A stretch of 64,000 bases of DNA from Candidatus Poribacteria bacterium (GCA_965215015.1 OZ244042.1:4960001-5024000); one strand, 5' to 3'; shown: positions 10,855 through 19,641, counted from the first letter of the stretch. Numbers and translations: made by a program. Notes: a model not told the origin generated them from the sequence alone.

Positions 10855-10863
10855 ATTATAGCA
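10855..10863 (-). promoter_or_regulatory. Extended -10 element pointing toward the EBP gene
   Basis: Minus strand TGcTATAAT; the IS701 remnant lies between it and the EBP start. Confidence 0.45.
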
Positions 10864-11114
10864 CAAGCGGATTGACTTGAACAGCTTTTTATTTTACAAA
10901 AGGGTTGGAGTTTAATGGAAGTTGCGTGTTAGCCAAGCCATCCGCTTGCGTTCTTTCCCCTCCACTTGCGGGGGGCAGGGGTGGTACTCCTCTGGGATTT
11001 ACCAAAGCCGCCCGATGAATCGCCGAGGATACCATGACCATTGCGCCCCCTTATTCTAGTGTTGGCTTCGAGGGTTCAACTATGTAACTCCTACCTCTTT
11101 TACAAAATGCTTAT

Positions 11115-11498
11115 CAAAAATCCTTTAGGAGTGTTACCTCCAAAATTTATGTTTGGAGATAACCCCCTGCCTTCGCATTGGTTTTCTTGCTTTCAAAAGC
11201 GTTTGGGTGTATAATTGACCGACAGCTATACCTCCTGCCGAAAATGGTCATCAGGGGTAAAAGTCGAGACAGGTTTTCTCATACTGCGACGGTCGTTTGT
11301 TGTAGGAGGTATGGCTGCCCCCAGTTGCCCTGATAAATCGGGACATACCTGTTAGGCAAAGCCTGACAGGCAGGGCATTGTCCACTGCGGTAGCAGTTGT
11401 CAGACGGGCTCCGGTTCGCTATCCGCGTTGATAAGCATAATTCGACTCTTAAAGGAACAGGTAGGCCTCCCAATCCTCTAGGCGTGGGAGTACGTCAA
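11115..11498 (+). mobile_element. Non-autonomous IS200/IS605-family derivative (PATE-like), no protein gene
   Basis: TTAT|CAAAA candidate left junction, hairpin 11133-11163, right-end hairpin CTCCCA..TGGGAG (11467-11490) followed by TACGTCAA. Confidence 0.7.
11187..11215 (+). promoter_or_regulatory. Sigma70 promoter inside the IS605-like element
   Basis: TTGCTT-17 nt-TATAAT. Confidence 0.7.
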
Positions 11499-11520
11499 CA
11501 GAAGGTGTTCCTAGCGATAC
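11221..11520 (+). ncRNA. Putative TnpB-type omega/reRNA with 3' flank-derived guide
   Basis: Promoter-proximal 14 bp stem (11223-11236 / 11304-11317), nested hairpins, ends in an IS605-type right end (GTCAA); hairpin at 11521-11539 downstream. Confidence 0.55.
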
Positions 11521-11558
11521 GCGGGTTTTGGATTCCCGCTTGGAACTTGTCCAAAAAA

Positions 11559-11607
11559 GTTAGCAATAGTTACTAACATCAGCAATAGTTGCTAAGCAAC
11601 AGTTGCT
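11559..11607. promoter_or_regulatory. Three palindromic AGCAA-N3-TTGCT sites (candidate sigma54 enhancer/UAS)
   Basis: AGCAATAGTTACT 11562, AGCAATAGTTGCT 11581, AGCAACAGTTGCT 11595; 90-135 bp upstream of the -24/-12 promoter. Confidence 0.65.
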
Positions 11608-11695
11608 AATAATTGGATTAATCGCTTCAAAAATCCTTTGAACATTTTGCGTCGAAAGCCTGATGCTGACTGGCTTTGGACGATTATCGTTTCTT

Positions 11696-11712
11696 TTGGC
11701 ATGTTAATTGCT
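11696..11712 (+). promoter_or_regulatory. Sigma54 (-24/-12) promoter
   Basis: TTGGCATGTTAATTGCT: GG-N10-GC with TGGCA and TTGCT consensus. Confidence 0.75.
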
Positions 11713-11818
11713 TCTATGAGTTTGTGGTTGAATCCTTCAACCGTAGCGAAAAACATGGATTTTCAACAGGTAGCAACTTGGATTGGCATATTCTCACGTC
11801 AGTGTGCTAAGATCTTTT

Positions 11819-12088
11819 GTGAAATTGAGAATCCGTTTTCACCTAACGGAATGCAAAAGCACTCCTTACAACGCACTTTTATGTGGGACAGTTCCTTTTT
11901 GTTCTCAAGAGGCATCCGCTAACTGTGCAGACGCATGGCGAAGGTGTTACAATGCTCGGGATTTAGCCATAACAATTTGTGCGATTGCTATAGTGGAGCC
12001 CACCCCTGCTGGAGAGTTGGCTTGTACGGCTGCTCTTGCGAATGCGGCCAGTTTGTGCGGGTACGCTTACCTATTTTGTGGCGGATAG
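11819..12088 (+). CDS. Small Cys-rich, probably exported peptide; 5' end uncertain or damaged
   Basis: A-x-A cleavage-like site (QEASA|N); 55-aa mature part with C-X6-C-X10-C-X14-C-X10-C-X6-C; nearest ATG (11851) is out of frame, GTG 11819 is in frame. Confidence 0.6.
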   Translation: MKLRIRFHLTECKSTPYNALLCGTVPFCSQEASANCADAWRRCYNARDLAITICAIAIVEPTPAGELACTAALANAASLCGYAYLFCGG

Positions 12089-12112
12089 TTTGCGGCGCAT
12101 GACCGAGACATG

Positions 12113-12137
12113 CTGAAACTCCTAGCAAGGGTTTCGG
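12113..12137 (+). terminator. Intercistronic stem-loop
   Basis: CTGAAACTC / GGGTTTCGG 9 bp stem (with G-U pairs), no U-tract. Confidence 0.35.
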
Positions 12138-12176
12138 GATGTCTCATTTGCCTTTATAGGGAAAGGAAAATTACCC

Positions 12177-13547
12177 ATGCAACGTCATCACATTGCAGCT
12201 TTGTTTTTACTTGTATTTGCAGGACTGTCCTTTTATCAGGGATTCCACGACGGGGAGGTAGGACGTCCGATTTGGATAGGTATCGCATGGACTGTATTGG
12301 GAGTTGTCGCGTTTTTTTATGATAAATTGAGGGCCTGGCTTAGGCACGTTGTTGTCGCGCTACCATTCGCTCTCATGGGGGCAATGGTAATTAAAGAGAT
12401 TATCAGCGGGTATATCGTAGGGGCAATTGTATGGGGTCTTGCTTTGATTGTCGTGGGTGTCTTTGCGTTTTTTCAAGACAGGTCCTTCATTGCGGAAAAG
12501 GTGAGACCTTGGTTGAGACCCATCCCGTTTATAGCGGTGGGTATTTTGCTCATCTGGAAACTGTTTTTCCTCTCCGTTGTTGAACGAAAAATGGAAAAAT
12601 CCCCCAAGCCGGTAGGGTTTCACCAAAATCCGGACGTTTCTCCAGAATCAGCACTCAACAGCGATTTGCAAGAAGTGACCAAACCCGTTTTCAGTGACTC
12701 TCAGCAAAAGGTAATGGATATCCTTGCCTCTGAAGAAGTGAGGCAAGAGGTTAAAGCAGCCGCTGCCGCTGGGACTCCACCGGAATTTTTGAAGTCGTTC
12801 ACAAATTTCAAAGACTATATGATTTCCAAAGGTGTGACAGAGTTTGAGATACTTGATCAGGCCCCTTCACATTTTCAAGACCTATTTCAAAAACACCATC
12901 CCGGAAAGGCTCCCTCAGACTTAGATTCGGAGATGCGCCAACGCCTCATTGACATGGTTCAGGAGTTCGGATATGAGGAAGGACGCCAAAAATTTTTGCG
13001 TACACCGGAAATTGCAATTTGGACAGCGGCCCGATTCAATATCCTGGATAATCCGGGGGCCATTTCGGCGTGGACGGAAAGTGTTTACACGGACGAATTT
13101 GGGGATACTGTAGATGCTCTCAGTAGTGTTCCTCCTCCGGTGGTGTCCCCCGGCGACACAACCTTTGATGAAACCGCTTCCGACCTCCCTTTCACGGAAG
13201 TAGAACCGGCATCTCCGGACCGAGTGTCGACAGCAGCGTGGGAAGATTCTACACCAGCGATTGAACCGGAAAAGGTTGGCACCAAAGTGGCACCGGAGCC
13301 GCCTACACCTACTACCGAGGAGGGGATTGAAACCGCCCTGAAAGCGCAGTTTTCACCGGAGCGGTTCGAGCTGGCAATGTCCACTTTGGAACGGTATGGA
13401 CCGGAAGAGGGGCTCCGCTGTCTGAGAGAAAACGACCCGGAGGTTGCTAAGCAGATCGAAGGCTTGCGGAACGGAGTTGAAAACTCACGGCGTGCCGGAG
13501 TAGAACAGCACCACAACAGAGAACGCAAAGAGGAGGATTTCCAATGA
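12177..13547 (+). CDS. Hypothetical membrane protein (about 5 N-terminal TM helices, Pro/acidic linker, C-terminal YGPEEGL motif)
   Basis: 456-aa ORF with RBS AAGGA; hydrophobic N-terminus. Confidence 0.85.
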   Translation: MQRHHIAALFLLVFAGLSFYQGFHDGEVGRPIWIGIAWTVLGVVAFFYDKLRAWLRHVVVALPFALMGAMVIKEIISGYIVGAIVWGLALIVVGVFAFFQDRSFIAEKVRPWLRPIPFIAVGILLIWKLFFLSVVERKMEKSPKPVGFHQNPDVSPESALNSDLQEVTKPVFSDSQQKVMDILASEEVRQEVKAAAAAGTPPEFLKSFTNFKDYMISKGVTEFEILDQAPSHFQDLFQKHHPGKAPSDLDSEMRQRLIDMVQEFGYEEGRQKFLRTPEIAIWTAARFNILDNPGAISAWTESVYTDEFGDTVDALSSVPPPVVSPGDTTFDETASDLPFTEVEPASPDRVSTAAWEDSTPAIEPEKVGTKVAPEPPTPTTEEGIETALKAQFSPERFELAMSTLERYGPEEGLRCLRENDPEVAKQIEGLRNGVENSRRAGVEQHHNRERKEEDFQ

Positions 13548-13923
13548 AAGCGTTTCTGGTCGCGGTATCGTCGCTTTGTTTCTGTACTATTCTACTCTGT
13601 TTTTTTTGGCGTATTCAACGGATCGATTGCCCGGTGCCCCCGTAGTTGCTACGCCACAAATGCCAGTGGCGTCCGATCCCCAGTGTTCTCCCTGTGAAGA
13701 GCGGATGGCTTCCCTCCTAGAGATGATGGAACAGCAGTGGGAAAGAGAGCTGACTTCGTTTTTGGAACAGCCTGCATCACCGTTAGACCAAAGAGCGAGT
13801 GGTTGGCCTAGGTTGTCGCAGGAACAAGGAGAGCAGGCGAAACGGTTCTTTGACCAATACGACACAGAGGAAGGGCCCCGCCGTTTCAGGAAGGTAGATC
13901 CTGCGGGTGCCTCGGCAATTTGA
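13544..13923 (+). pseudogene. Frameshifted small membrane-anchored protein sharing the C-terminal motif of 12177-13547
   Basis: AGGAGG RBS and ATGA overlap at 13544; MKAFLVAVSSLCFCTILLCFF joins LAYSTDRLPG only if the T8 tract at 13600-13607 is T9 (or T6). Confidence 0.7.
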
Positions 13924-14009
13924 TCAGGAGCGACGGGAGTTGCCTGTCCGTTCCGAGTCAGGTGAAGAGCCCTCTACGCGGTAGAGGTGCATCTTCAATT
14001 AATACAATC

Positions 14010-14052
14010 AGCGGTGTCATACCTTTTGTTACCGGTATGATACCGCTTTTTT
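14010..14052 (+). terminator. Rho-independent terminator
   Basis: AGCGGTGTCATACC / GGTATGATACCGCT stem followed by TTTTT. Confidence 0.8.
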
Positions 14053-14175
14053 GTGCTCACAAAACATTATCCTTCGATTGTCTATGGCGTGAGTCGGTTA
14101 AAACAGCTCAAAACCTCCCATCTTTTTGGTAGGATATGGTATAATTATATATTATAGAGTGTTGAGGGAAAAGCG

Positions 14176-15375
14176 ATGAGACTCCTCGAACATCAAAGCA
14201 AAAAGCTGCTCTCCAATTTCGGCTTGGTGTTTACGGAATCAACGCCTGTTAAGTCGATGGCTGAGGTGCGAGGAACCGTTGAACACATCGGGCTGCCCGC
14301 TGTCCTGAAAGTACAGATCCCCTTCGGCGGACGGCGGAATGTCGGAGCGGTGAAGTTCGCGGAGAGTGTTGATCAAGCAGTCGTTGCGGCGGAGGCGTTG
14401 CTCGGAATGGTTGTGCGTGGTACAACCGTTGACGTGATTTCGATTGAACCCAAACTAAATTACGATTGCGAGTTTTACGTTGGTATTACATGGGATACGG
14501 TTGCAAAGCTGCCGGTTGCCTTATTGAGTCTTGCCGGTGGCGTAAATGTTGAAGCTGCCCCGAGCGATCAGGTCGTCCGCCAGTCGTTCGATCCCTGGAT
14601 GGGACTCGCGCCTTACAAAGCGAGGGAGATGACTGCCGAAGTCGGCTTGACGGGTAAAACGCTCGTGGGAGTCGGGGAGGTCCTTGCCAAGTTGTCCCAA
14701 GCATTTCTTGCCTGCGATGCGGTCACAATGGAGATTAACCCGTTGGTCGTTGCTCAAGATGGATCGCTCATCGGACTTGATGCGCGGGTGGAGATTGAGG
14801 ACGAGGCGGTGTATCGACAGCAGGAGCGATTGGTGCCGTTAGGCGAATTGACGATGACCGCGGCGGGTCGTCCGCCCACCCCTCTGGAGCTTGAGGCACA
14901 ACGTATTGATGCGACAGACCATCGCGGTGTTGCCGGGCGGGTTGTAGAATTTGACGGTGATCTCGCGCTGCTGATCGGTGGCGGAGGCGCCAGTCTGACT
15001 GTTTTCGACGCGATTAAGGAGCACGGTGGGAGGCCTGCAAACTACTGTGAGGTGGGAGGAAACCCAACGGAGGAAAAGGTTGCCGCCATAACATCGCTCC
15101 TGCTATCGAAGCCGGGCGTAAGGGGGATGGCGGTTATCATGAATGTAGTGAACAATACCCGCGCGGATGTCATCGCTCGCGGCGTCCTGACGGGTGTTGA
15201 GGGGATGGGAAGGAAACCCGCGGAGACAATCAGTCTCTTTCGCGTCCCCGGCAACTGGGAGGGAGAAGCGAAAGAGATAATGGAGGCGGCCGGCGTCGAA
15301 GTGTATGGCCGTGAGGTGTCGTTGGATGCGGCTGCCCGGTTGGCTGTGGAAAGGAATCGGATTGATGCTGCTTGA
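14176..15375 (+). CDS. Succinyl-CoA synthetase beta-like ATP-grasp subunit (atypical)
   Basis: MRLLEHQSK, VLKVQIPFGGR, EINPL, LDAR, GGGGASL, ANYCEVGGNP. Confidence 0.88.
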   Translation: MRLLEHQSKKLLSNFGLVFTESTPVKSMAEVRGTVEHIGLPAVLKVQIPFGGRRNVGAVKFAESVDQAVVAAEALLGMVVRGTTVDVISIEPKLNYDCEFYVGITWDTVAKLPVALLSLAGGVNVEAAPSDQVVRQSFDPWMGLAPYKAREMTAEVGLTGKTLVGVGEVLAKLSQAFLACDAVTMEINPLVVAQDGSLIGLDARVEIEDEAVYRQQERLVPLGELTMTAAGRPPTPLELEAQRIDATDHRGVAGRVVEFDGDLALLIGGGGASLTVFDAIKEHGGRPANYCEVGGNPTEEKVAAITSLLLSKPGVRGMAVIMNVVNNTRADVIARGVLTGVEGMGRKPAETISLFRVPGNWEGEAKEIMEAAGVEVYGREVSLDAAARLAVERNRIDAA

Positions 15376-16246
15376 CCCGAAAGCAGGCATTCTCGTTCAG
15401 GGGATCACCGGCAGAGAGGCGAGCCGTATGGTTGAGGACTCGCTCGCTTACGGGAGTAACATCGTCGCCGGTGTGACGCCCGGAAAGGGGGGGCAGCGCG
15501 TTCATGGGATACCCGTCTACGACACGGTTGCGGCGGCAGTTGAGAGGCATGGGGCGACTGCCAGCGTTATCTCTGTCCCTCCACCCGCTGTGTTTGATGC
15601 CGCACTGGAGGCCTTTTCTGAGGGTATGCAGCTCTGTCTGATTATGACTGAACGGGTTCCGCAATTGGACACCAGTAAATTACTGGTCGCTGCCCGTCGT
15701 ACCGGTTGTACCCTCATCGGTCCCAATTCGCTTGGGTTGATCCGTCCGGGGATTGCCAAGCTCGGCACTATCGGTGGGCGTGTGGACAATGTGCGTCGAT
15801 CGTTTATGCCGGGCAGTGTCGCCGTGCTTTCCCGCAGCGGGGGCATGACCACTGAGATCGCCAGCTATTTAACGAGCCGTGGGGTTGGACAGAGTATCGC
15901 CATCGGCGTGGGCGGGGATGCAATCGTCGGTTCTAATTTCACCGACCTGATCGAGCTTCTCGAAGCGGATCCCGCCACCGATGCGGTGGTCATTTACGGC
16001 GAGCCGGGTGGGGCTGCGGAGGAGCAGCTCGCAGCGCGACTCAAGCGGAAGCCTTCTCGGCTCCGAATAACTGCCTTTTTGTCCGGCAAGTTCGTCGATG
16101 ACCTTGAGGGGGTGCGGTTCGGTCATGCCGGGGTGATTGTTGAGGGGGGACGCGGTTCGGTGCGCGGAAAGGTGAAAGCGTTGCGTGAAGCGGGGGTATT
16201 TGTCGCTGAGACGTTTGAAGATCTGTTGCAGGGGCTTGAACGGTAG
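15365..16246 (+). CDS. Succinyl-CoA synthetase alpha-like subunit
   Basis: LVQGITGRE, GVTPGKGG, IGPNSLG, SRSGGMT, GEPGG, FGHAG phospho-His; overlaps the beta stop. Confidence 0.9.
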   Translation: MLLDPKAGILVQGITGREASRMVEDSLAYGSNIVAGVTPGKGGQRVHGIPVYDTVAAAVERHGATASVISVPPPAVFDAALEAFSEGMQLCLIMTERVPQLDTSKLLVAARRTGCTLIGPNSLGLIRPGIAKLGTIGGRVDNVRRSFMPGSVAVLSRSGGMTTEIASYLTSRGVGQSIAIGVGGDAIVGSNFTDLIELLEADPATDAVVIYGEPGGAAEEQLAARLKRKPSRLRITAFLSGKFVDDLEGVRFGHAGVIVEGGRGSVRGKVKALREAGVFVAETFEDLLQGLER

Positions 16247-16429
16247 GGTCAATCCGTTTTTTAGTATTCTGTCGAGATATGAATCTCGGCCTACGGACCT
16301 ATTTTTCGTTTTTCCGATTTCTCGCTTTTTCTTTGCATGTGAGTCTGCACAAATACTATTTTTCCAGTTTAGGTTGCAACTCGGGACTTACACCAACCGC
16401 TGGCTCTGAAACATGAGGAGATTAAATCG

Positions 16430-18703
16430 GTGTACGGTATCAAAGGGTTGTTTCGGTGTCTATCCGTCATCTTCCTATTTGCATTATTCATATATTTACC
16501 TGCTGCACACCCCCAGCAATCCACCGTGAAGCCTGGGGAGATTCGTGGTAGGCTTTCTCATCAAGAAACGGGCAATCAACTGGCAAACGCCACGGTTCGA
16601 TTGGTCGAAATAGATCGACGCACCCAGACCGATGAGAATGGTGAATTTCGATTCGATAATCTGTCTCCCGGTGATTATACGTTGACTGTGCTTGCTGTCG
16701 GCTACCGTCTGCTAGAGGAGGGCAAGGTTGCCACAGTGCAAGCGGGCGCAATCACTGAAGTCAAAATTTATCTCGGCCCTGTTAATGTGATGCTGGAGGA
16801 GGTTGAGGTCCAATCGACATCGATACCGGCGACCGTCGGTCGGCAGACCGTAGGTGTTATGGAGATTAAGCGGATACCCGGCAGCGTGGGAGACGCACTC
16901 CGAGCACTCCAAGCCTTGCCGGGGATTGGTGTCGCAAGCGATTTCGACGGACAACTCTATATCCGTGGGGGCTCGCCCGATGACAACCGTTTTTACCTTG
17001 ACCGTGCCCCACTTTTTTATCCCTACCATTTTGGCGGACTGGTTTCAACTGTCAATTCAGAGGTGCTCAACAGGATTGATGTCTATGCAGGTGGCTTCGG
17101 GGCGGAGTTTGGGGCAGACGCACAAGCCGTAATCGACATCTATTCGCGGCGGGGTAGGGAAGATCGGGTAGGTGGCAAATTTAACCTGAACCTCCTCTAT
17201 TCGGAGGGGTTGCTTGAGGGCCCGATTGGGAGCCGGGGGTCGTGGTATCTCGCTGGTCGACGGAGCTACGTCGACCTCTTTCCGATAGAAGCTACGCGGA
17301 TTACGGCGTTCCCGCGATTCTGGGATTATCAGGCGAAGGTCAGCTATAATCTGTCTGAAAAGCATCAACTCGACGTTAAAACGTTCGCTGCAGGCGATGT
17401 CATAGGGTTTAGGTTGGGGTTGGCCGATGTGGATTATGACCCGACACTCGCAGGGCGATTCGACCTTGAAGGGCACTTTGATGTACAAGCGGCAGATCTC
17501 AGATCAACGCTGACAGACCGCCTCACTTCACATTTCTCACTCTCGCGCGCGAGTTTTTTACAAGCCTTTAGCTTTGGTCAAGGACTTTTCCTGAGACTGG
17601 AGCCGGTCCAATACGAACTTCGTGAAGATCTCGGCTACCGTTTGAATCCGAAACATCAGCTCGAATCCGGGTTACTTGTTTCGACGACCCAGTGGAACGG
17701 ATCTGCCTACTTTCCTCGCCGCCCCGATGAAGGGGATCCGAAGGCAAGCGAATCTCAATTTTTCACCTTTGAGGAGAAAATCGCTGCAGACTTTGAAGAA
17801 CGGTTCAACTTTATTGAGGGATATCTCCAAAATCGGTATGACCCGTTGGCGTTCTTATCGGTTACGTTGGGGCTGCGGCTTGACTATTTCAACCTCACCG
17901 ATCGCGTCTCCGTCGGGCCGAGAGGCAGCCTTCGATTCAAGATGCCGGGCGGTTCAGAGCTCCGGTTTGCCTACGGTAGATACGAGATTAGCCCCTATCC
18001 GTGGCAAATCGTTCCGGGATACGGGAATCCTGATTTGAAAGAGAATACCGCGGTTCATTACATTTTAGAGATGGAACGGGAGATCAGCCCCCAAACACGC
18101 TTCAAGGTTGCAGGCTATCAGAAAGATTTTAGCGACCTGATTACGCGAGACCAAAGTGTGGGATACCTTAACCAAGGAGAGGGATTTGCCCGGGGCATTG
18201 AGCTTTCGATCAAACATCGCGCCGGTGATCGGTTTTTCAGTTGGGTGAACTATGCCTATTCAGTTGCCAAACGTAAAGACAGGCCCGGTGAGATAGAGCG
18301 GCTTTACTCGTTTGATCAGCCCCATGTCGCAACACTTACCGCGAGCTATATGATTACACCGACATGGGAGATTGGGGCGAAGTGGCAGTACCGCACCGGA
18401 AATCCGTACACGCCGGTGATTGGTAGGGAGATCATGCCCCACCCCCTTACGGGGATGCCTCGCTACACTCCCCTCTTTGGCGAGACTAATTCGGTTCGGA
18501 TTCCGCCGTTCCACCGCTTGGACCTCCGTATTAGTAAGTCTTTCATCTATCAGCGGTGGCGGTGGGGGATCTTCCTTGAGTTACTCAACGCATATAATCG
18601 CAAAAATGTGTTGGATGTTGATTACAATCGAGACTACACGCAGGAACGGAACCTGTACCAATTGCCGTTGATCCCGTATCTGGGGTTAATGGTTGAGTTT
18701 TAG
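16430..18703 (+). CDS. TonB-dependent receptor with N-terminal carboxypeptidase-regulatory-like domain
   Basis: Signal peptide, TDENGEFRF, plug LQALPGI..YIRGG, GGFGAEFG, C-terminal F; RBS GAGGAG. Confidence 0.92.
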   Translation: MYGIKGLFRCLSVIFLFALFIYLPAAHPQQSTVKPGEIRGRLSHQETGNQLANATVRLVEIDRRTQTDENGEFRFDNLSPGDYTLTVLAVGYRLLEEGKVATVQAGAITEVKIYLGPVNVMLEEVEVQSTSIPATVGRQTVGVMEIKRIPGSVGDALRALQALPGIGVASDFDGQLYIRGGSPDDNRFYLDRAPLFYPYHFGGLVSTVNSEVLNRIDVYAGGFGAEFGADAQAVIDIYSRRGREDRVGGKFNLNLLYSEGLLEGPIGSRGSWYLAGRRSYVDLFPIEATRITAFPRFWDYQAKVSYNLSEKHQLDVKTFAAGDVIGFRLGLADVDYDPTLAGRFDLEGHFDVQAADLRSTLTDRLTSHFSLSRASFLQAFSFGQGLFLRLEPVQYELREDLGYRLNPKHQLESGLLVSTTQWNGSAYFPRRPDEGDPKASESQFFTFEEKIAADFEERFNFIEGYLQNRYDPLAFLSVTLGLRLDYFNLTDRVSVGPRGSLRFKMPGGSELRFAYGRYEISPYPWQIVPGYGNPDLKENTAVHYILEMEREISPQTRFKVAGYQKDFSDLITRDQSVGYLNQGEGFARGIELSIKHRAGDRFFSWVNYAYSVAKRKDRPGEIERLYSFDQPHVATLTASYMITPTWEIGAKWQYRTGNPYTPVIGREIMPHPLTGMPRYTPLFGETNSVRIPPFHRLDLRISKSFIYQRWRWGIFLELLNAYNRKNVLDVDYNRDYTQERNLYQLPLIPYLGLMVEF

Positions 18704-18894
18704 GGGTAATACGGAGTGAAATGTGAAAACCATTTGTTCATTTTAAGCGTTCATTTAGCCGCAATGGAGCGACAGGTGGCAGCTTGCGTTATTTAGGAGG
18801 TTGGCAAACAGGTCATATTCCTAGTACCGTTAGATTGATAATTCAATGGAAGTATAGAGAATTTCTAAGGCGTGGAAAGGGAGGAAGTAACATA

Positions 18895-19641
18895 ATGATC
18901 ACGCAACAGCAAATCAATCACTTTCAAACCTTCGGATTTCTGATTTTCCGGCAGTTGTTTAGTCAGGACGAACTGAAGACCATCAATATGGAGTTTGGAG
19001 CAGCAATGGCGGAGGCGTTTCGAGATGACCCATTCGATGGCACACGCCGACATTGGTTGATAACGATGGGGCCGGATACACCCTTCCTCACCTCATTACT
19101 GGAAGATTCACGATTTTGTAATGTGGCAGAGCAACTTTACGGCGAAGATGTTTTTGGCATTGCGTCTGACATCAACCGTTACGTCGGGGATACGCGTTGG
19201 CATCCCGATACCGGAAGCCTCCATCAGTACGGTGTCAAGTTCGCCTACTACTTGCAACCGGTGACTGCGGATAGTGGTGCGTTGCGGTTGATACCGGGCT
19301 CGCACGAGCCATCTTTTCACAGGGAACTCAGGCAAAAGATGAATAAGTTGGAACTCGAAATCCCTGATGTCCCAGCCTACATCTTTGAATCGGAGCCGGG
19401 GGATGTGGTCGCTTTCGATGTGCGATGCTGGCATGCGAGTTGGGGGGGCGCGGTCGATCGCCGGATGTGTGTCTTGGTATACTACAACAATCCAAAAACA
19501 CCCGAGGAAGCAGAAGCCACCCAAAAGCAGATTATTGGCAATGGAGTTGATTACCGTCCCTGGGTTGCCGATGCCGAGGGAAATCCAAAGCGCAAACGGT
19601 GGATAAACCGAATGCGGGAGTTGGCTCCCGAAGCACTCTGA
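18895..19641 (+). CDS. Phytanoyl-CoA dioxygenase family protein
   Basis: Start after GGAGG; HFQTFGFL, WHPD, LRLIPGSH, WHAS. Confidence 0.9.
   Translation: MITQQQINHFQTFGFLIFRQLFSQDELKTINMEFGAAMAEAFRDDPFDGTRRHWLITMGPDTPFLTSLLEDSRFCNVAEQLYGEDVFGIASDINRYVGDTRWHPDTGSLHQYGVKFAYYLQPVTADSGALRLIPGSHEPSFHRELRQKMNKLELEIPDVPAYIFESEPGDVVAFDVRCWHASWGGAVDRRMCVLVYYNNPKTPEEAEATQKQIIGNGVDYRPWVADAEGNPKRKRWINRMRELAPEAL

Noticed and set aside
11304-11333. AGGAGGTATG as RBS and start of a leader peptide
   Set aside because: Only 1 nt spacing; better explained as the 3' arm of the RNA stem
11221-11498. 6S RNA, IscB-type omega RNA, group I intron or riboswitch
   Set aside because: No 6S rod with central bubble, GTCAA lies at the 3' end rather than the 5' end, and no intron or riboswitch core motifs were recognised
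11638-11922. 94-aa ORF upstream of the peptide
   Set aside because: TTG start without RBS and it overlaps the sigma54 promoter; likely spurious
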